A stretch of 64,000 bases of DNA from Patescibacteria group bacterium (GTDB lineage: Bacteria; Patescibacteriota; WWE3; 2-01-FULL-39-13), in assembly GCA_048499955.1 (NCBI GenBank), contig JASNYX010000003.1, positions 21,785-85,784 of the forward strand, read 5' to 3'. Under the pieces are notes generated by a model, which saw only the letters and a list, made by a program, of their open reading frames with translations, did not search any database and had not been told where the DNA came from. The translations under genes and the position numbers were made by a program. Below, piece by piece: positions 46,088 to 55,651 of the stretch. Numbering within the stretch: the first letter of the stretch is position 1; the number at the start of each line of letters is the position of its first letter.

Positions 46088-46912
46088 TTATTCAAAAATA
46101 GTGGAGAGTTCTCTCATTCTTTCGACTCCGATGGTTTTAATATAGTTTTCGATGTCATTCCACTCTTTGTAATTTGATACCTCTTGCCATACGGATCTTC
46201 CTACTGCGTAACCTTTTGATCCATACTCTCTAGATAATTCCAACGCTTGTTGAAATGAGTCGTACTCCATTCCACGACTGAGTACAATCCAAGGTATTTG
46301 TACCTGGCTTTTGATTTTCTCTAAATACCGTCGGGAACTATCGACATTGCTAGTGTCGTTTAACGGAAATTCGATTTTTAATATATCTGCATATTCTTGT
46401 AATGCAATGGTAGATTCTACGATGTCATGAGCTTTATCAAAAGGATCTGTTTCATTTAGCGGATACACAATTGGCTCAATAAGAAAGGGAAGTCCCGCAT
46501 TGTGGGCTTCTTCGCGAGCTTTTTTTAATGTGTCCATTTTTTGAAAATGACCGGAGGCGTTATCGTTATAGTAAACAAGAATCTTAATAGCATTTGCACC
46601 CATTTCTTTTAATTTCTCTGCATCGAATTGTTCATACAGTTTTAATTCACGATTTTGGTCGCCTTCAGTGTAGCCTGAATGTTCACGACTTAGCATCACT
46701 CCTATATTTTTCTCCTTAGCCGCAGCAATTGCCGGTTTTCCGTATTCGGGATCGACTAAAATTGCAGTAATTGTCGAAGCAAACTCCTTTGCTAAGAGCT
46801 CTTTGAACGCGATTAGCTTATCTGCGGGAATAAATTTCTTAAGAGAGTCACGATGGTCGAATGCGGCAATTTTAATAAAACCTTTTTGGTCGGTAATGGA
46901 AGAAAGATTCAT
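46088..46912 (-). CDS. Class I aldolase of the LacD/DhnA family (tagatose- or fructose-bisphosphate aldolase)
   Basis: IAAFDHRDSLKKFI resembles the LacD N-terminus. Adjacent to pgk. Confidence 0.6.
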   Translation of the reverse strand: MNLSSITDQKGFIKIAAFDHRDSLKKFIPADKLIAFKELLAKEFASTITAILVDPEYGKPAIAAAKEKNIGVMLSREHSGYTEGDQNRELKLYEQFDAEKLKEMGANAIKILVYYNDNASGHFQKMDTLKKAREEAHNAGLPFLIEPIVYPLNETDPFDKAHDIVESTIALQEYADILKIEFPLNDTSNVDSSRRYLEKIKSQVQIPWIVLSRGMEYDSFQQALELSREYGSKGYAVGRSVWQEVSNYKEWNDIENYIKTIGVERMRELSTIFE

Positions 46913-46944
46913 ATGGTGATATGTTACCTGATTTACATTTAAAT

Positions 46945-49900
46945 CTATAGGAGATAGGGAACTGTTGCACTTTGGCCATTAGTTCGGTTATTTGTTAATG
47001 ATGCATCATATGCAGCTCGTTTTGCAGGGTTTCTGAGCGTGGAAAAAGCTTCATTCATGGCTCTTACTCTATCGGATTGTGCCTGTTGTTCGGCATAAGG
47101 TAGTTCAGCAAAGTCTCTCAACGTCGCTTCGAATTGACTATATGAATCAAGTATTTCGGCATCTGTTGCATCCGGGGATACTCCAAGCCTTTCATAATAA
47201 TTGCGAGGGTCGCTGTTTTGAAGTTCTAACCGGTCGCGTGCTTGTTTGGCCATTTGTTCAACTGTTAGAGGTTGACTTGCCGATGGATTTAGTACGTTCG
47301 AATTCGGGGGTGATATTGTGCTTACAGCAGATGGTGGAATAGTCGGACTAGGTGGTACCACTACTTGTGCAGGTGCTACCGGGTTAGACTGATTGGTTGG
47401 GTTAGCTGGTACCGTCGGAGGAGTTACAACCGAGTTAGGCGAGATAGTAGGATTAGGTGGTGTTATCGGTGGCGTTGCAGCTTGGCTAGGTGGAACAGTC
47501 GGGTTCGTCGGTGTTATCTGAGGTATTACAACCTGGCTAGGTGAAATAGTTGGATTAGCCGGTGCTACCGTGGAGTTTGAAGTCGGATTGGGTTGAGAAA
47601 CCGGATTAGACGGTGTTATCGGTGGCGTTGCAACTTGGCTAGGTGGAACAGGCGGATTAGCCGGTGCGACCGTAGAGGTCGGAACCGAATTGGGTTGAGA
47701 AGGCGGAGTAGTTGGTACAACGATGGGGGCTCTTGGTGGCCTCGAGTTTCCTGATTGCAGGTTACCGGCAATAGGTCTTTGAGATTCTTTCACTTCAGCT
47801 GACATAAGTTTTAATGCGACAAGATCAGGAATCGCACCAAGTACAAGTCCGGCCTCGCTTTTTATGAAGCGATGTAATACGTCGAATAGAGTTGGATTAG
47901 CCGGGCTCTTTTCAAATGCTTCAAGTTGGCTCATAAGTAAATCCAGCTCAGACCTATGAGCAATTAGATCTGCTTGATGTACAAGGACTTCCTGCAATTT
48001 GAGTGCTTCAACGAATCGGGAAATTTTCAGTACCTCTACGTTAGGATGACCCCTCGCATTTCTTGCTGCGTTAGTAATGGCAGCGATTTGATCTTCATTT
48101 AGCCCAATATTCTTGGCAGATTGTGTGACCGGGCTTACATTTTCAGGAGAAACTGCCCACTCGATTAATTTTTCCCATCTGGGGTCTGTATTATTTGCTG
48201 CCGCAAGACCTTGTTCAAGGTTTCCTGTGAATAAATCATTTGAAATGAGTGCCACTATTTGTTCATAAGCTCCTATCTCATTACCACCCGCATATTGGCC
48301 CCTCATGATGATTGCTTTCCACATGTCCATTACCGGCCAACCTTTTTCCTCTGCCAACCGAGCTACTGTATCTCTCATATGAGGTTTAAATTGCAGATCC
48401 TCATATAATTTCGCAATGTTTTGAAGGCGATCCCACCTGCTTCCCGCACCCTGGCCTCCTGCATCAAGGTATTCTTTCCAGTTGTCTCCAAATATTTGCT
48501 GTGTTTGATCTATCACATCTTCGCTTTTGTAGGTTAATCCGTCTAAAAATCTTCTGGCGACATGTCTTACTTTCTCTGATCCTTCTCCCAATTGTTCGGT
48601 GATATTAGAAAAGGGATCTTCAATGCTTAAGTCAGGTAATGGGGTATTTGATCCGTCTGATCTTGGCAAATTATCCAAAATTAATTGCCTTATATCGATT
48701 TCATTGCCATTCACGGTAACCTTTAACTCATGAGGTAAGAGATTTTTGAGATTTTCCAGATGAATGTTTAAATCTAAGTCTTCTTCTGATATTCCCCATT
48801 GTTCGAGCAGGTTATCTGAAGACTTAATTTGAGCCACCAGTTTTTCGATTGCATCTGTTGCGGTTTCAATATGATGTGAATTATCTTCAATAGCGGTATT
48901 TACATGTTCCATAACATTTTGAACATGAGGTTTTAGAGCTTCGTATGTACTGTCTATGTAGTTTCTGTCCCCTGTGAAAACATCCATCCATCCTGGGGCA
49001 TTTTCAACAACCGATTGTAAGGTTTGAGCGTAGATTAAAGATTTTGCAGCCCTATCGATCGCTCCGGCTCTTGAATATGCGACTCCGGTTTCCTTTATGA
49101 TTCGAGTGGCTTCGGTTCTAGCTGCTTTGAAAATATAATTGTTAAATTGGTCGTCGATTTCTTGGTCAGTGCTCCCGACCATTTGGTTTGCGATTTGGGT
49201 TCTTATGGCAGCACTTGAAGTTACAAGCAGATTTGCTCGTTTGGCAATTATTTCAAAGTCGGGTTCTCTTTCAAATCCTGAAAGAATTGATTGTACGTAT
49301 AATTTTTTTGCAATTTCAGACATTCCGACGGGATCACTGACGGCAAGTGCTTCGATTTGTGGATATAACGGTGTGTTAAGGTCGATGTTTCTATCTTGTA
49401 GGTATTGGTCAATTTCGGTATCACGCTCTACGATTCTAAATCCACCTTTACCCATGAATCCTGATTCTAGTGTTCTTGTTTTGAGGCCGGATTTCACCAC
49501 ATAGTTCCATACGTTAGAAATAGTTCTTCGGAAAACATTCTTATTCTTGTTTTCTTCGGCTGTTTTGCTTCGTTCTATTTCTTTTCGGTATAAGGTAGCT
49601 GCTCCTTCTCCTGTTTCTGCGTTTATCTTTGAGTATTCTTGTTTGGCTTTCCATTGACCCAGAAGGGCTCCGGCAGCTACACCAACTAAGGGTCCTGAAT
49701 ATTCAAGTGCTTGTGCACTGGCTTCGATTCCGGTGCTAATCGCTACAGGAACGGCAACTTCTACGAGTTTTCTACCAACTTCAATTTTACTAGGCCGGTC
49801 ATGTTCGACTGGGGGTCTAGTGTATGAAGATTCCAACCCTCGTAAAAAGCTATCAAATGAGGCATTTGCAGATCCTCCGGGCAAAAGACCTTCTTGTCTG

Positions 49901-49995
49901 ACTATTTCAGTGCCGATGCTTCTGACCGCATTTCCATTTGCAGGAGTTTTTTCTTCCTTATGTATAAGGTCTGAAAGGTGAGTCCTATATTCCAT
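46945..49995 (-). CDS. Large (1016 aa) mostly alpha-helical protein with a Pro/Thr-rich tandem-repeat region and a C-terminal J-like domain lacking HPD
   Basis: C-terminus NYYERLGVSPDATDAEI...RNPAKRAAYD matches J-domain helices I-II and III-IV, but HPD is replaced by ELP. Confidence 0.5.
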   Translation of the reverse strand: MEYRTHLSDLIHKEEKTPANGNAVRSIGTEIVRQEGLLPGGSANASFDSFLRGLESSYTRPPVEHDRPSKIEVGRKLVEVAVPVAISTGIEASAQALEYSGPLVGVAAGALLGQWKAKQEYSKINAETGEGAATLYRKEIERSKTAEENKNKNVFRRTISNVWNYVVKSGLKTRTLESGFMGKGGFRIVERDTEIDQYLQDRNIDLNTPLYPQIEALAVSDPVGMSEIAKKLYVQSILSGFEREPDFEIIAKRANLLVTSSAAIRTQIANQMVGSTDQEIDDQFNNYIFKAARTEATRIIKETGVAYSRAGAIDRAAKSLIYAQTLQSVVENAPGWMDVFTGDRNYIDSTYEALKPHVQNVMEHVNTAIEDNSHHIETATDAIEKLVAQIKSSDNLLEQWGISEEDLDLNIHLENLKNLLPHELKVTVNGNEIDIRQLILDNLPRSDGSNTPLPDLSIEDPFSNITEQLGEGSEKVRHVARRFLDGLTYKSEDVIDQTQQIFGDNWKEYLDAGGQGAGSRWDRLQNIAKLYEDLQFKPHMRDTVARLAEEKGWPVMDMWKAIIMRGQYAGGNEIGAYEQIVALISNDLFTGNLEQGLAAANNTDPRWEKLIEWAVSPENVSPVTQSAKNIGLNEDQIAAITNAARNARGHPNVEVLKISRFVEALKLQEVLVHQADLIAHRSELDLLMSQLEAFEKSPANPTLFDVLHRFIKSEAGLVLGAIPDLVALKLMSAEVKESQRPIAGNLQSGNSRPPRAPIVVPTTPPSQPNSVPTSTVAPANPPVPPSQVATPPITPSNPVSQPNPTSNSTVAPANPTISPSQVVIPQITPTNPTVPPSQAATPPITPPNPTISPNSVVTPPTVPANPTNQSNPVAPAQVVVPPSPTIPPSAVSTISPPNSNVLNPSASQPLTVEQMAKQARDRLELQNSDPRNYYERLGVSPDATDAEILDSYSQFEATLRDFAELPYAEQQAQSDRVRAMNEAFSTLRNPAKRAAYDASLTNNRTNGQSATVPYLL
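47298..47793 (-). repeat. Imperfect tandem DNA repeats (period about 150 nt) encoding PPxxPTxP / ATPPITP motifs
   Basis: GGTGTTATCGGTGGCGTTGCA(G/A)CTTGGCTAGGTGGAACA recurs at about 47461 and 47611 (plus-strand text). Confidence 0.7.
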
Positions 49996-50470
49996 ACTTA
50001 AGCTTAAATTCTGAGTACCTATTTAATGCATCTTTTAGGTTTTGCAGATTATCATCAATATAGGAGCTTTCAATATCAAAAATAATTTTTTCGCCTTCGT
50101 TTTGAACAGGTTCTTCTCTATGTTGTATTAGTTGGAAAACATCTTTTAGCTGTTGAATAAACGCTTGTTTTTTTACGGTTGCGGCAGATTTATCGACATA
50201 GTCGTTAAAATCAGGAAACAGCTCGAGTATGTACGTTTGGATTTCGATAGGGTCGGGAGATGTATCGAGTTTCTGCTCGATTTCAGTGATAACTTTAGGG
50301 CTAATATTATTTAATGTTAAATAAGCAGTAAAGGCTTTATGTATTGAGGCTTTAGTAAGTGTAGTAAGTGCCAGTGATTTTTGTTCATCTGAGAGCTTCA
50401 CTCCCAATAAATCAAAAATATTTTGTTCCAGAAAAAACTTTTCAACTTCGGTTAAATTTGGGGCAGGCAT
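49985..50470 (-). CDS. Hypothetical protein (161 aa), translationally coupled upstream of the 1016-aa gene
   Basis: ORF overlaps the start of 46945..49995 by 11 nt. Confidence 0.35.
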   Translation of the reverse strand: MPAPNLTEVEKFFLEQNIFDLLGVKLSDEQKSLALTTLTKASIHKAFTAYLTLNNISPKVITEIEQKLDTSPDPIEIQTYILELFPDFNDYVDKSAATVKKQAFIQQLKDVFQLIQHREEPVQNEGEKIIFDIESSYIDDNLQNLKDALNRYSEFKLKYGI

Positions 50471-50512
50471 ATACCATCTATCTTAATACAGGTACGAGTA
50501 TTTCTAAACCTT

Positions 50513-51658
50513 CTAATCTTCAACAAGTTTTGGGTCTAGAATAGCCGGTTCGATACTAACAATTTTTGCTTCCGGTCCTATTTCTTTCATTCTATCTAGC
50601 GTATCTATACGTGAGCTAAGTTTCTCGAAGTTTCGATGAACCTCATCTGATTTATTTTTTGCGTTATTTAGATGTTGTGACATTACTCTAAGGGATTCAC
50701 CGAAGTGGCCGGAATCTTCTTTTATGCTCTTAATTGCCGCGAGTATTTCTCTTGCTCGTGATTCAACTTTTTTGCCTTCGAGTCCGATTAAAATTGCCTT
50801 AAGATATGAATAAAATAGGTTAGGAGAAACAGGAAGAACACGTTTGTTCCAGGCATATTTGCCTAATTCCTCTGAATTGTTTACAACTACTTCATAATAT
50901 ATGGCTTCGCTTGGAATATACATGAGTGCAAAATCTAAGGTTCCTTCGTTGGGGAGAATGTATTTCTTGCCGATATCATCGATATGTTTTTTTACGTTTC
51001 TCACAAACTCTCTTTTTGCTTGATCTCGTTCTGTCTGCAACTCTTTTTGAATCATTGCATTAAAGTTTTCTAGGGGGAATTTCGCGTCTACACAAACGAA
51101 ACCCTCCTCTACTTTTAGTAGGGCATCAACGATGTCTCCCGATCTGAATTTATGTTGTAAAACATAATTTTCTGCGGGAATCATCTGTGAAAGTAGGTCT
51201 TTCAGGACTTCCTCTCCGATATTTCCCCGAAGTTTTGGAGATTTTAAGAAGTCTTGCAGGTCTCTCATGCCTCTTCCTATTTCGCTCATAGAGCCAAGCT
51301 CTTTATGTACGTTCCCGATGACCTCGGCGGCTTTATCGAGTCTGGTATTTAGTGAACGGGAATTTTCATCAACCCTCTTGTTTAAACTGTCTGATGTTTG
51401 GTGTAGTTCTTCTTGAACATGTCGAAGTCGGTTGTCTACGACTCCTTGGACATCTCGCAATCGATCATTCAAAGTTGATTGGACATTATTCAGGTTTCCC
51501 TGCATATTTTCGATCCATTTCAACAGAATTTCTTCCGATTTGTCGTCTGTTTTTTCCTCTTTTAGTTTTTTTATTTGGGAATATAGAAAGTAGCAGATAA
51601 ATCCGCTGGCTCCAACTGTTATTAGGGCTGAAATTGTTATTATTAAGGCAGAATCCAT
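50513..51658 (-). CDS. rmuC: DNA recombination protein RmuC
   Basis: N-terminal TM, long coiled coil, C-terminal LPNEGTLDFALMYIPSEAIYYEVV RmuC core. Confidence 0.7.
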   Translation of the reverse strand: MDSALIITISALITVGASGFICYFLYSQIKKLKEEKTDDKSEEILLKWIENMQGNLNNVQSTLNDRLRDVQGVVDNRLRHVQEELHQTSDSLNKRVDENSRSLNTRLDKAAEVIGNVHKELGSMSEIGRGMRDLQDFLKSPKLRGNIGEEVLKDLLSQMIPAENYVLQHKFRSGDIVDALLKVEEGFVCVDAKFPLENFNAMIQKELQTERDQAKREFVRNVKKHIDDIGKKYILPNEGTLDFALMYIPSEAIYYEVVVNNSEELGKYAWNKRVLPVSPNLFYSYLKAILIGLEGKKVESRAREILAAIKSIKEDSGHFGESLRVMSQHLNNAKNKSDEVHRNFEKLSSRIDTLDRMKEIGPEAKIVSIEPAILDPKLVED

Positions 51659-51710
51659 GCTGATACTTAATATCAGTTCCTCATTTGTGAAGCTGATATA
51701 TACTAACTAA

Positions 51711-52001
51711 ATGGAATCGAATTTTATCGTTACGATTATTATCTTAATATCGATCCTGCTCTCATTGATAGGCCATTTGTTGCTAAATGTCAAACCTAAC
51801 GGGTGGAATATATATTTGTTGGCAGCAATTATTTCGTTACTCCTTGCCCTGATATCCGCAACGATGCTTTATTTGTTTAAAAGACAGGGAATAGGCCAGA
51901 CAAAAAAAGAATTATTTAGAGCTTGTTTTAAGAAGGGATTAATTTTTGGGGCAATTGCCTTCGTGTCTATAATTTTGCAGATCCAATACGATTACATTTA
52001 A
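51711..52001 (+). CDS. Small membrane protein (96 aa)
   Basis: Three hydrophobic helices. Low confidence. Confidence 0.3.
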   Translation: MESNFIVTIIILISILLSLIGHLLLNVKPNGWNIYLLAAIISLLLALISATMLYLFKRQGIGQTKKELFRACFKKGLIFGAIAFVSIILQIQYDYI

Positions 52002-52071
52002 CGTGTAATGCTATAATTTCAGTATATTTTCCTGCACAAAATCAACGAGAAAAATTATTTAGGAACAAAAA

Positions 52072-53457
52072 ATGTCTGATAACAAATATTATATTACTAC
52101 CCCCATATACTATGCGAATGATGTTCCCCATATAGGACACACAGGGACAACTGTTTTTGCAGATATTATTGCAAGATATCAAAGAATTAGTGGGAAAGAA
52201 GTATTCTTTTTAACAGGAAACGATGAGCATGGTGAAAAAGTCGCATTAGCGGCTCAGAAGGTCGGAGAATCTCCTCAGCAATTTGTTGATGAATTAGCTC
52301 TTGAGTGGCAGAAATACTGGGAAAAACTGAACATAAGTAATGATCATTTTTTCAGAACTACAGCCGAAGGGCATAAAAAAGTTGTTCATGATTTATTAAC
52401 CAAACTTTGGGAAAAAGGTGACATTTATAAGGATGTATACAAAGGTATCTACTGTGTTGGATGTGAAGAATTTAAAGCAGAGAAAGACTTGGTCGACGGA
52501 AAATGCCCTGAACATAGACCCGACCAAGTTTACTACCGGGAAGAAGAGAACTACTTTTTCAGAATCACCAAGTACCTACCAGAAGTGAAGAAGTTAATCG
52601 AATCCGGAGAATTTATTGTCGAACCCGATAACAAAAGAAACGAAATGTTGTCGCGTTTGAGTGGTGATATTAACGATCTGTCGATTTCCAGGCCCAACTT
52701 GAAGTGGGGGATAACGATTCCTTGGGACGAGAATCATGTTACATACGTTTGGGTTGAAGCCTTAATGAACTATTACTCTGCAACTAAAATTTGTAATAAA
52801 GAGGATTTTTGGCCTGCAAATGTACACTTCGTCGGCAAAGGCATTAACTGGTTCCATTCAGTAATTTGGCCATCGATGTTACTTGCATTGGAGTTGCCTC
52901 TTCCTAAAAAAGTATTCGTTCACGGATACTACAATGTTGACGGTAAAAAGATGGGTAAATCTTTAGGTAACGTAATTTCTCCTCAAGATCTTCTTGAAAA
53001 ATATGGAGTTGATGGGACGAGGTATCTTCTTTGTGCAAGTATGCCTTATGAAAACGATAGCGATGTGAGCTTCACTTGGTTTGATCAAAAATATAATGCT
53101 GATTTAGCTAATGGGTTGGGAAACCTTGTTTCCCGAGTGGCCAAGCTGGCTGAAGGGCAGACATTTGAGGTTGTGACAAGTGTTGATTTAAGTATTTACG
53201 AGAAATTCAAGTTACACGAAGTTGTATCGTATTCAAGTAGGTTGGTTGCTGAAGCAAACGAATATCTAAACAAAGAAGAACCATGGAAGAAGTCCGGTGA
53301 TCAAAAAAACACGGTGCTTAAAGAAGTTATTGGGAAAATTGTCGATATTGCCAGACTATTGGAACCTATTACTCCCGAGGCCTCCGGAACGATTATCAGA
53401 ACCTTCTCAGGGAAACTATCTATTTCGCCCGTATCGGCACTGTATTTGCGGATCTGA
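52072..53457 (+). CDS. metG: Methionyl-tRNA synthetase (compact form)
   Basis: HIGH (PHIGHTGT). KMSKS (KMGKSLGN). CxxC...CPEH zinc knuckle in CP domain. Confidence 0.9.
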   Translation: MSDNKYYITTPIYYANDVPHIGHTGTTVFADIIARYQRISGKEVFFLTGNDEHGEKVALAAQKVGESPQQFVDELALEWQKYWEKLNISNDHFFRTTAEGHKKVVHDLLTKLWEKGDIYKDVYKGIYCVGCEEFKAEKDLVDGKCPEHRPDQVYYREEENYFFRITKYLPEVKKLIESGEFIVEPDNKRNEMLSRLSGDINDLSISRPNLKWGITIPWDENHVTYVWVEALMNYYSATKICNKEDFWPANVHFVGKGINWFHSVIWPSMLLALELPLPKKVFVHGYYNVDGKKMGKSLGNVISPQDLLEKYGVDGTRYLLCASMPYENDSDVSFTWFDQKYNADLANGLGNLVSRVAKLAEGQTFEVVTSVDLSIYEKFKLHEVVSYSSRLVAEANEYLNKEEPWKKSGDQKNTVLKEVIGKIVDIARLLEPITPEASGTIIRTFSGKLSISPVSALYLRI

Positions 53458-53988
53458 GAATTCTCTCGTTTTGTAGTGCTCTATTACCTCTTTAGCAATT
53501 GCATCAACGTCGAGAAGGGGAATACTCCAAGCTCCCTGAGTCATTGGTAATATTAGTCTTTCGTTAGCGATTGTAACCTGATAGTTGATTTGCGTAGCAC
53601 ATCTGATCAATCCGGTCGGATTTCGACTGCGATGACTTAGACCTATTAAAACTTCGGAACAACCGCCATTATTAACACTTTGGGGGTCTTCAAGAATATC
53701 GAAAATGTAACCCGGCCTATGTGTGCCATTTACCAGACAAACCATCTTTAAGGATTCGGCACAAGCTTCGCCGAATTTTGTGTCAACTTCGGGATTTACC
53801 TTGTAAATGAAGGTTATTAATGGTGCTTCACTAGGAAGACAAACGCCATTCGCTTCCACGCAATAGAAACCCGGTGCTATTACAGGAACTAACCCGTATT
53901 GGTGAACAGGTGCAGTTTCTGTAGTCTGTAAACTATTGTTTAGAGTTGGCTCGACGAGTGCGAGACCTTCTATGGTGTTTGTATTCAT
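53416..53988 (-). CDS. dCTP deaminase/dUTPase-superfamily protein
   Basis: GLSHRSRN..GL and RPGYIFDIL resemble Dcd GRSS.ARLG and DPGF.G motifs. Converges on metG with a 42-nt overlap. Confidence 0.45.
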   Translation of the reverse strand: MNTNTIEGLALVEPTLNNSLQTTETAPVHQYGLVPVIAPGFYCVEANGVCLPSEAPLITFIYKVNPEVDTKFGEACAESLKMVCLVNGTHRPGYIFDILEDPQSVNNGGCSEVLIGLSHRSRNPTGLIRCATQINYQVTIANERLILPMTQGAWSIPLLDVDAIAKEVIEHYKTREFSDPQIQCRYGRNR

Positions 53989-54118
53989 GAAATTAAGTTT
54001 GAGAGGTGTATTTCAGAAATTTATATTGGAGAAATTTTACCACTAGGCCGTCGTTTTTTCTAGGGAAACTGTTTAGGTTGTTGCATGGATCTTCCCCGGC
54101 TTTGTTATACTTGCTACA

Positions 54119-55411
54119 ATGAATGATTCTGTCCAATCTATTTCAGCAAATGGTCGCTCCGGTGGCTTAGATATTAATAAACAAATGGATGATTTAACTA
54201 CACAACCAAATTCGAATACATCAGATGATCAGAATGACGTTCCTGTGATGGCGCCGATTGATCCTGATGCTCCTAATACTAATTATCAGCTTGATGACAT
54301 CGCGGACTTAAATAAAGGTGCAAAGCAGGTTTCGTCTGCGTCGGATAATCTATACTCGGCTAAAGAGCAGGAGGAAATCAAACGGCTTTATGAAAAGGTG
54401 ATGGCTTCTGCTTGTCCTGAAGAATTGAAGAACAGCGTATCAAATATGATCCGGCGTCTGGAGAAAATGACCCGAACAGGCGTTTACTCAAGAGAATACG
54501 ATATTTTGAGTACATATATTGACTGGGTAGTAGATTTCCCATGGACTAACGAAGCAGAAGAAATTCTTGATTTGGATAGAGTAAAAAGCACACTCGACGA
54601 GGCTCACTATGGCCTGGAGACTGTAAAAGAAAGAATCATGGAGTACCTAGCAGTTAGGAAACTTCTAGTAGATAAAAAAGATTTCAAATCAGTTGAAAAA
54701 TCACCTGTTATTTGTATGGTAGGTCTTCAAGGTATTGGTAAAACCACTACGGCGAAGAGTATTGCAAAGGCTTTGAATCGGCCATTCTATCGTATTTCTA
54801 TGGGAGCCATCGGGTCGGTTCTTGAAATTCGTGGTCGCAATAAATCAAATGAAGGTGCGGAACCGGGGCAGATCATCAAAGCTATTGTTAGAACTGGTGT
54901 CAGAAATCCGATAATCCTGCTTGACGAGCTTGATAAAGCCAGCGGTCAGTCAGGATTACTCGCAGATGTTATGGCAACAATGCTTGAAATTCTTGATCCT
55001 GAACAAAACACTTCTTTTAGAGATCATTATCTCGACTATCCGATTGATTTATCGAAAGTGATGTTTGTTGTTTCTGCGAATAAAATCGGAACTTTTAGTG
55101 CAGCACTCATGGATCGTATGGAATTGATCAGAATGCCATCGTACACAGATGAAGAAAAACAGGTTATTGCCAGAGATTATTTGCTTCCAAGGGTTCGTGC
55201 GAATACGGGAATTGAGGAATCTCAACTTGAGTTCTCTCCTGATGTTTGGGCGCTTCTAATAAGACCGCTTGGTTTTGATAGCGGTATTCGTTCACTCCAA
55301 AGAATTGTAGAAAGTATGGCAAGAAAGGCGGCTTTATTGATAGTGAGAGGTCAGACAACCAAGGTTATTATCACACCTGAAAATTTTAGGGATTTTCTGC
55401 CAAAGTATTAA
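54119..55411 (+). CDS. Lon-like AAA+ ATPase lacking N-terminal LON domain and C-terminal peptidase domain
   Basis: YIDWVVDFPWTN...LDEAHYGLETVKERIMEYLAV. Walker A GLQGIGKTT. Walker B ILLDELDK. LEILDPEQN. The ORF stops where the S-K protease domain would begin. Confidence 0.7.
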   Translation: MNDSVQSISANGRSGGLDINKQMDDLTTQPNSNTSDDQNDVPVMAPIDPDAPNTNYQLDDIADLNKGAKQVSSASDNLYSAKEQEEIKRLYEKVMASACPEELKNSVSNMIRRLEKMTRTGVYSREYDILSTYIDWVVDFPWTNEAEEILDLDRVKSTLDEAHYGLETVKERIMEYLAVRKLLVDKKDFKSVEKSPVICMVGLQGIGKTTTAKSIAKALNRPFYRISMGAIGSVLEIRGRNKSNEGAEPGQIIKAIVRTGVRNPIILLDELDKASGQSGLLADVMATMLEILDPEQNTSFRDHYLDYPIDLSKVMFVVSANKIGTFSAALMDRMELIRMPSYTDEEKQVIARDYLLPRVRANTGIEESQLEFSPDVWALLIRPLGFDSGIRSLQRIVESMARKAALLIVRGQTTKVIITPENFRDFLPKY

Positions 55412-55587
55412 TTACCAAGTTCTTCTGCGATTTCTTCGTGAGCTTCAAGTGCCCCCGGAATATCTGGATTTCCAGTACCGAATTTATCTTCAACTTCAGC
55501 TAATGCATGCTCAAGTGGATCTTGTTTGGCCTCTTCGGGATTGACCGGGTCTTTTGTTTCCTCGGCTTCATAATATGTTTCAGACAT
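55408..55587 (-). CDS. Small acidic protein (59 aa), not on the supplied ORF track (below its length cutoff)
   Basis: ATG to TAA with coding-like composition (MSETYYEAEETKDPVNPEEAKQDPLEHALAEVEDKFGTGNPDIPGALEAHEEIAEELGN). Confidence 0.25.
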   Translation of the reverse strand: MSETYYEAEETKDPVNPEEAKQDPLEHALAEVEDKFGTGNPDIPGALEAHEEIAEELGN

Positions 55588-55651
55588 AAAGCCATGATAC
55601 TATAAGGACGTTTTTTAGTCCAATTTCTTTCATTCCTGATACACTTAGAAA

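Noticed and set aside
46945-47250. Calling the 1016-aa protein a DnaJ co-chaperone
   Set aside because: The J-like domain lacks the HPD tripeptide, and there are no Gly/Phe-rich or zinc-finger regions. It is described only as a J-like fold.
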